Origin: Cenococcum geophilum
Taxonomy: Eukaryota
Direction of reading: 5' to 3'
Assembly: GCA_050273025.1 (NCBI GenBank)
Contig: CP158636.1
Span: 9,610,001-9,674,000, forward strand
DNA length: 64,000 nt
The notes under the pieces are model-generated. The model made no database searches and was not told where the DNA came from. It worked only from the letters and a program-made list of their open reading frames with translations. The position numbers and the translations under genes are program-made. Every line of letters starts with the position of its first letter. The first letter of the stretch is position 1. Shown here piece after piece: positions 62,901 through 64,000 of this stretch.

Positions 62901-64000
62901 GTATATTAGAGATTATAATAAGTTTACCTCTTTAGTTTTAAATAGGGTATATAGAGATAATTAATAATACCTATAAATAAGTCTAATTCTAGTCTAATAT
63001 CACATCTAACAACAGCTACCTTCTTAACTAGTTTTAGAGCCACTATTAAGTTTTTGGGACACCGCTGGCAGATTCTTAAACAGAGCATCCTAGTTATAAA
63101 AGCCGAATATTAAACAAAAGCTAGGCTAGTAGCCTCTTAGTCGGCCCACTAGTAAGTTAAAGGTTAATAATTAAGCAAATACTCTTAAAGATGCTAGAGG
63201 ACGTGGCAGGGTAGTAGTTTTAGGAAAAATAAAATAAAAGCTAATGGACTAAGGAGAACTATAACTTAATACATTCGCTACGGAATAGCTGCTACTATAA
63301 TTACCAAAAGTCCCACTATAATAAAGCAGATGCGTATCTTAGACGTTTTACTCTATAAAGCCTATAGTATTATACTCCTTTTTTAATAATATAGAACCAT
63401 TATAAACTTGTTTTACTAAACGGTATTTACTTCTAGTAAAAGAGTATACAATTACGCGGAAAAAGGAGGTAAATATTAGACTTTAATACTAGAAGATTAG
63501 ATCTACTGTAATATAGAGTTAAAAAGCTAGCTATTAAGTAAAGTTAAAAATTCTTACTAGGCAGACGACCTTAAAACTAAGTAATTAAACTTAGCTAAAG
63601 CTAGCGCATATTATTCAAGAAACACTATTATTATTACCCTTACTATTACAATCTTTACATAGTAATATGTTAAAGTTACTAAATATAAGTAGCTAGTAAG
63701 ATATGTCAACAGTAGTCCGCGAAAAAAAATTAAAAGGATGTGAAAATAAGCGATATTTAGCCGCCGTTAACCAGTGCCCCGCTACACGTATAACTAAGTA
63801 GAAAACATCTAAATCTAAAGCTATCTACCTTATACTTATTAAATTGCGAATATACTTTAATCCCTTAATTAAAATAAATGGCAGAACACCCTACTAATAG
63901 ACTTTTTAAGTTTTACTATTATCCTAACCCTATTATTAGAGAGCCTATTAATAATTTTCAAAAGAATAGGGTATAAGGGTTAATAACCAACTATAGGCTT

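Larger units (their letters stand above)
19580..64000. other. AT-rich block with a repeat-induced point mutation (RIP) signature
   Basis: Strong TpA excess and CpA/TpG depletion; almost no ORFs over 60 aa in 44 kb; LTR pairs differ mostly by transitions. Confidence 0.93.
34641..64000. mobile_element. Candidate giant cargo-carrying DNA element (hAT-like left end); right end outside the window
   Basis: Gypsy integrase stops abruptly at 34640 and is followed by TAGAGACAGT and palindromic subterminal motifs. Several RIP-mutated non-TE genes follow, and the Gypsy never resumes. Confidence 0.55.

Noticed and set aside
61500..64000. Possible transposase or Starship captain at the window end
   Set aside because: Looks like degraded coding DNA, but I could not read any DDE, hAT-dimerisation or tyrosine-recombinase motif.

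Overview
Filamentous-ascomycete (Pezizomycotina-type) genomic DNA with a two-speed layout; I cannot assign the species from sequence alone. A GC-balanced island (~4.4-19.6 kb) holds three intact intron-containing genes: a small secreted Cys-rich protein, a cytochrome b561-domain membrane protein and a Zn(II)2Cys6 transcription factor. Around it are AT-rich blocks with a RIP-like signature (TpA excess; TGG/CAA/CAG codons turned into stops). From ~19.6 kb to the end is a deep nest of dead transposons whose boundaries can often be read from LTR pairs and target-site duplications (TSDs): a gag-only Copia, a Gypsy, a GalEa-like Copia, a short non-LTR insert, a Tad1-like LINE and a second Gypsy. The most interesting structure starts at 34641, where the first Gypsy's integrase is cut by a segment of at least 29 kb that begins with a hAT-like terminus and never returns to the Gypsy within the window. 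It carries RIP-mutated cellular-type genes (a kinase, a DUF7924-like gene and an apparently bacterial-type copper-amine-oxidase-like gene), so it is a candidate giant cargo-carrying element. Also notable are an antisense Zn2Cys6-like ORF inside a Gypsy and a TIR element with a 9-bp TSD and a 12-bp minisatellite core. All translations of RIP-damaged regions are my manual 'de-RIP' readings, and family names come from motif recall, not database searches.
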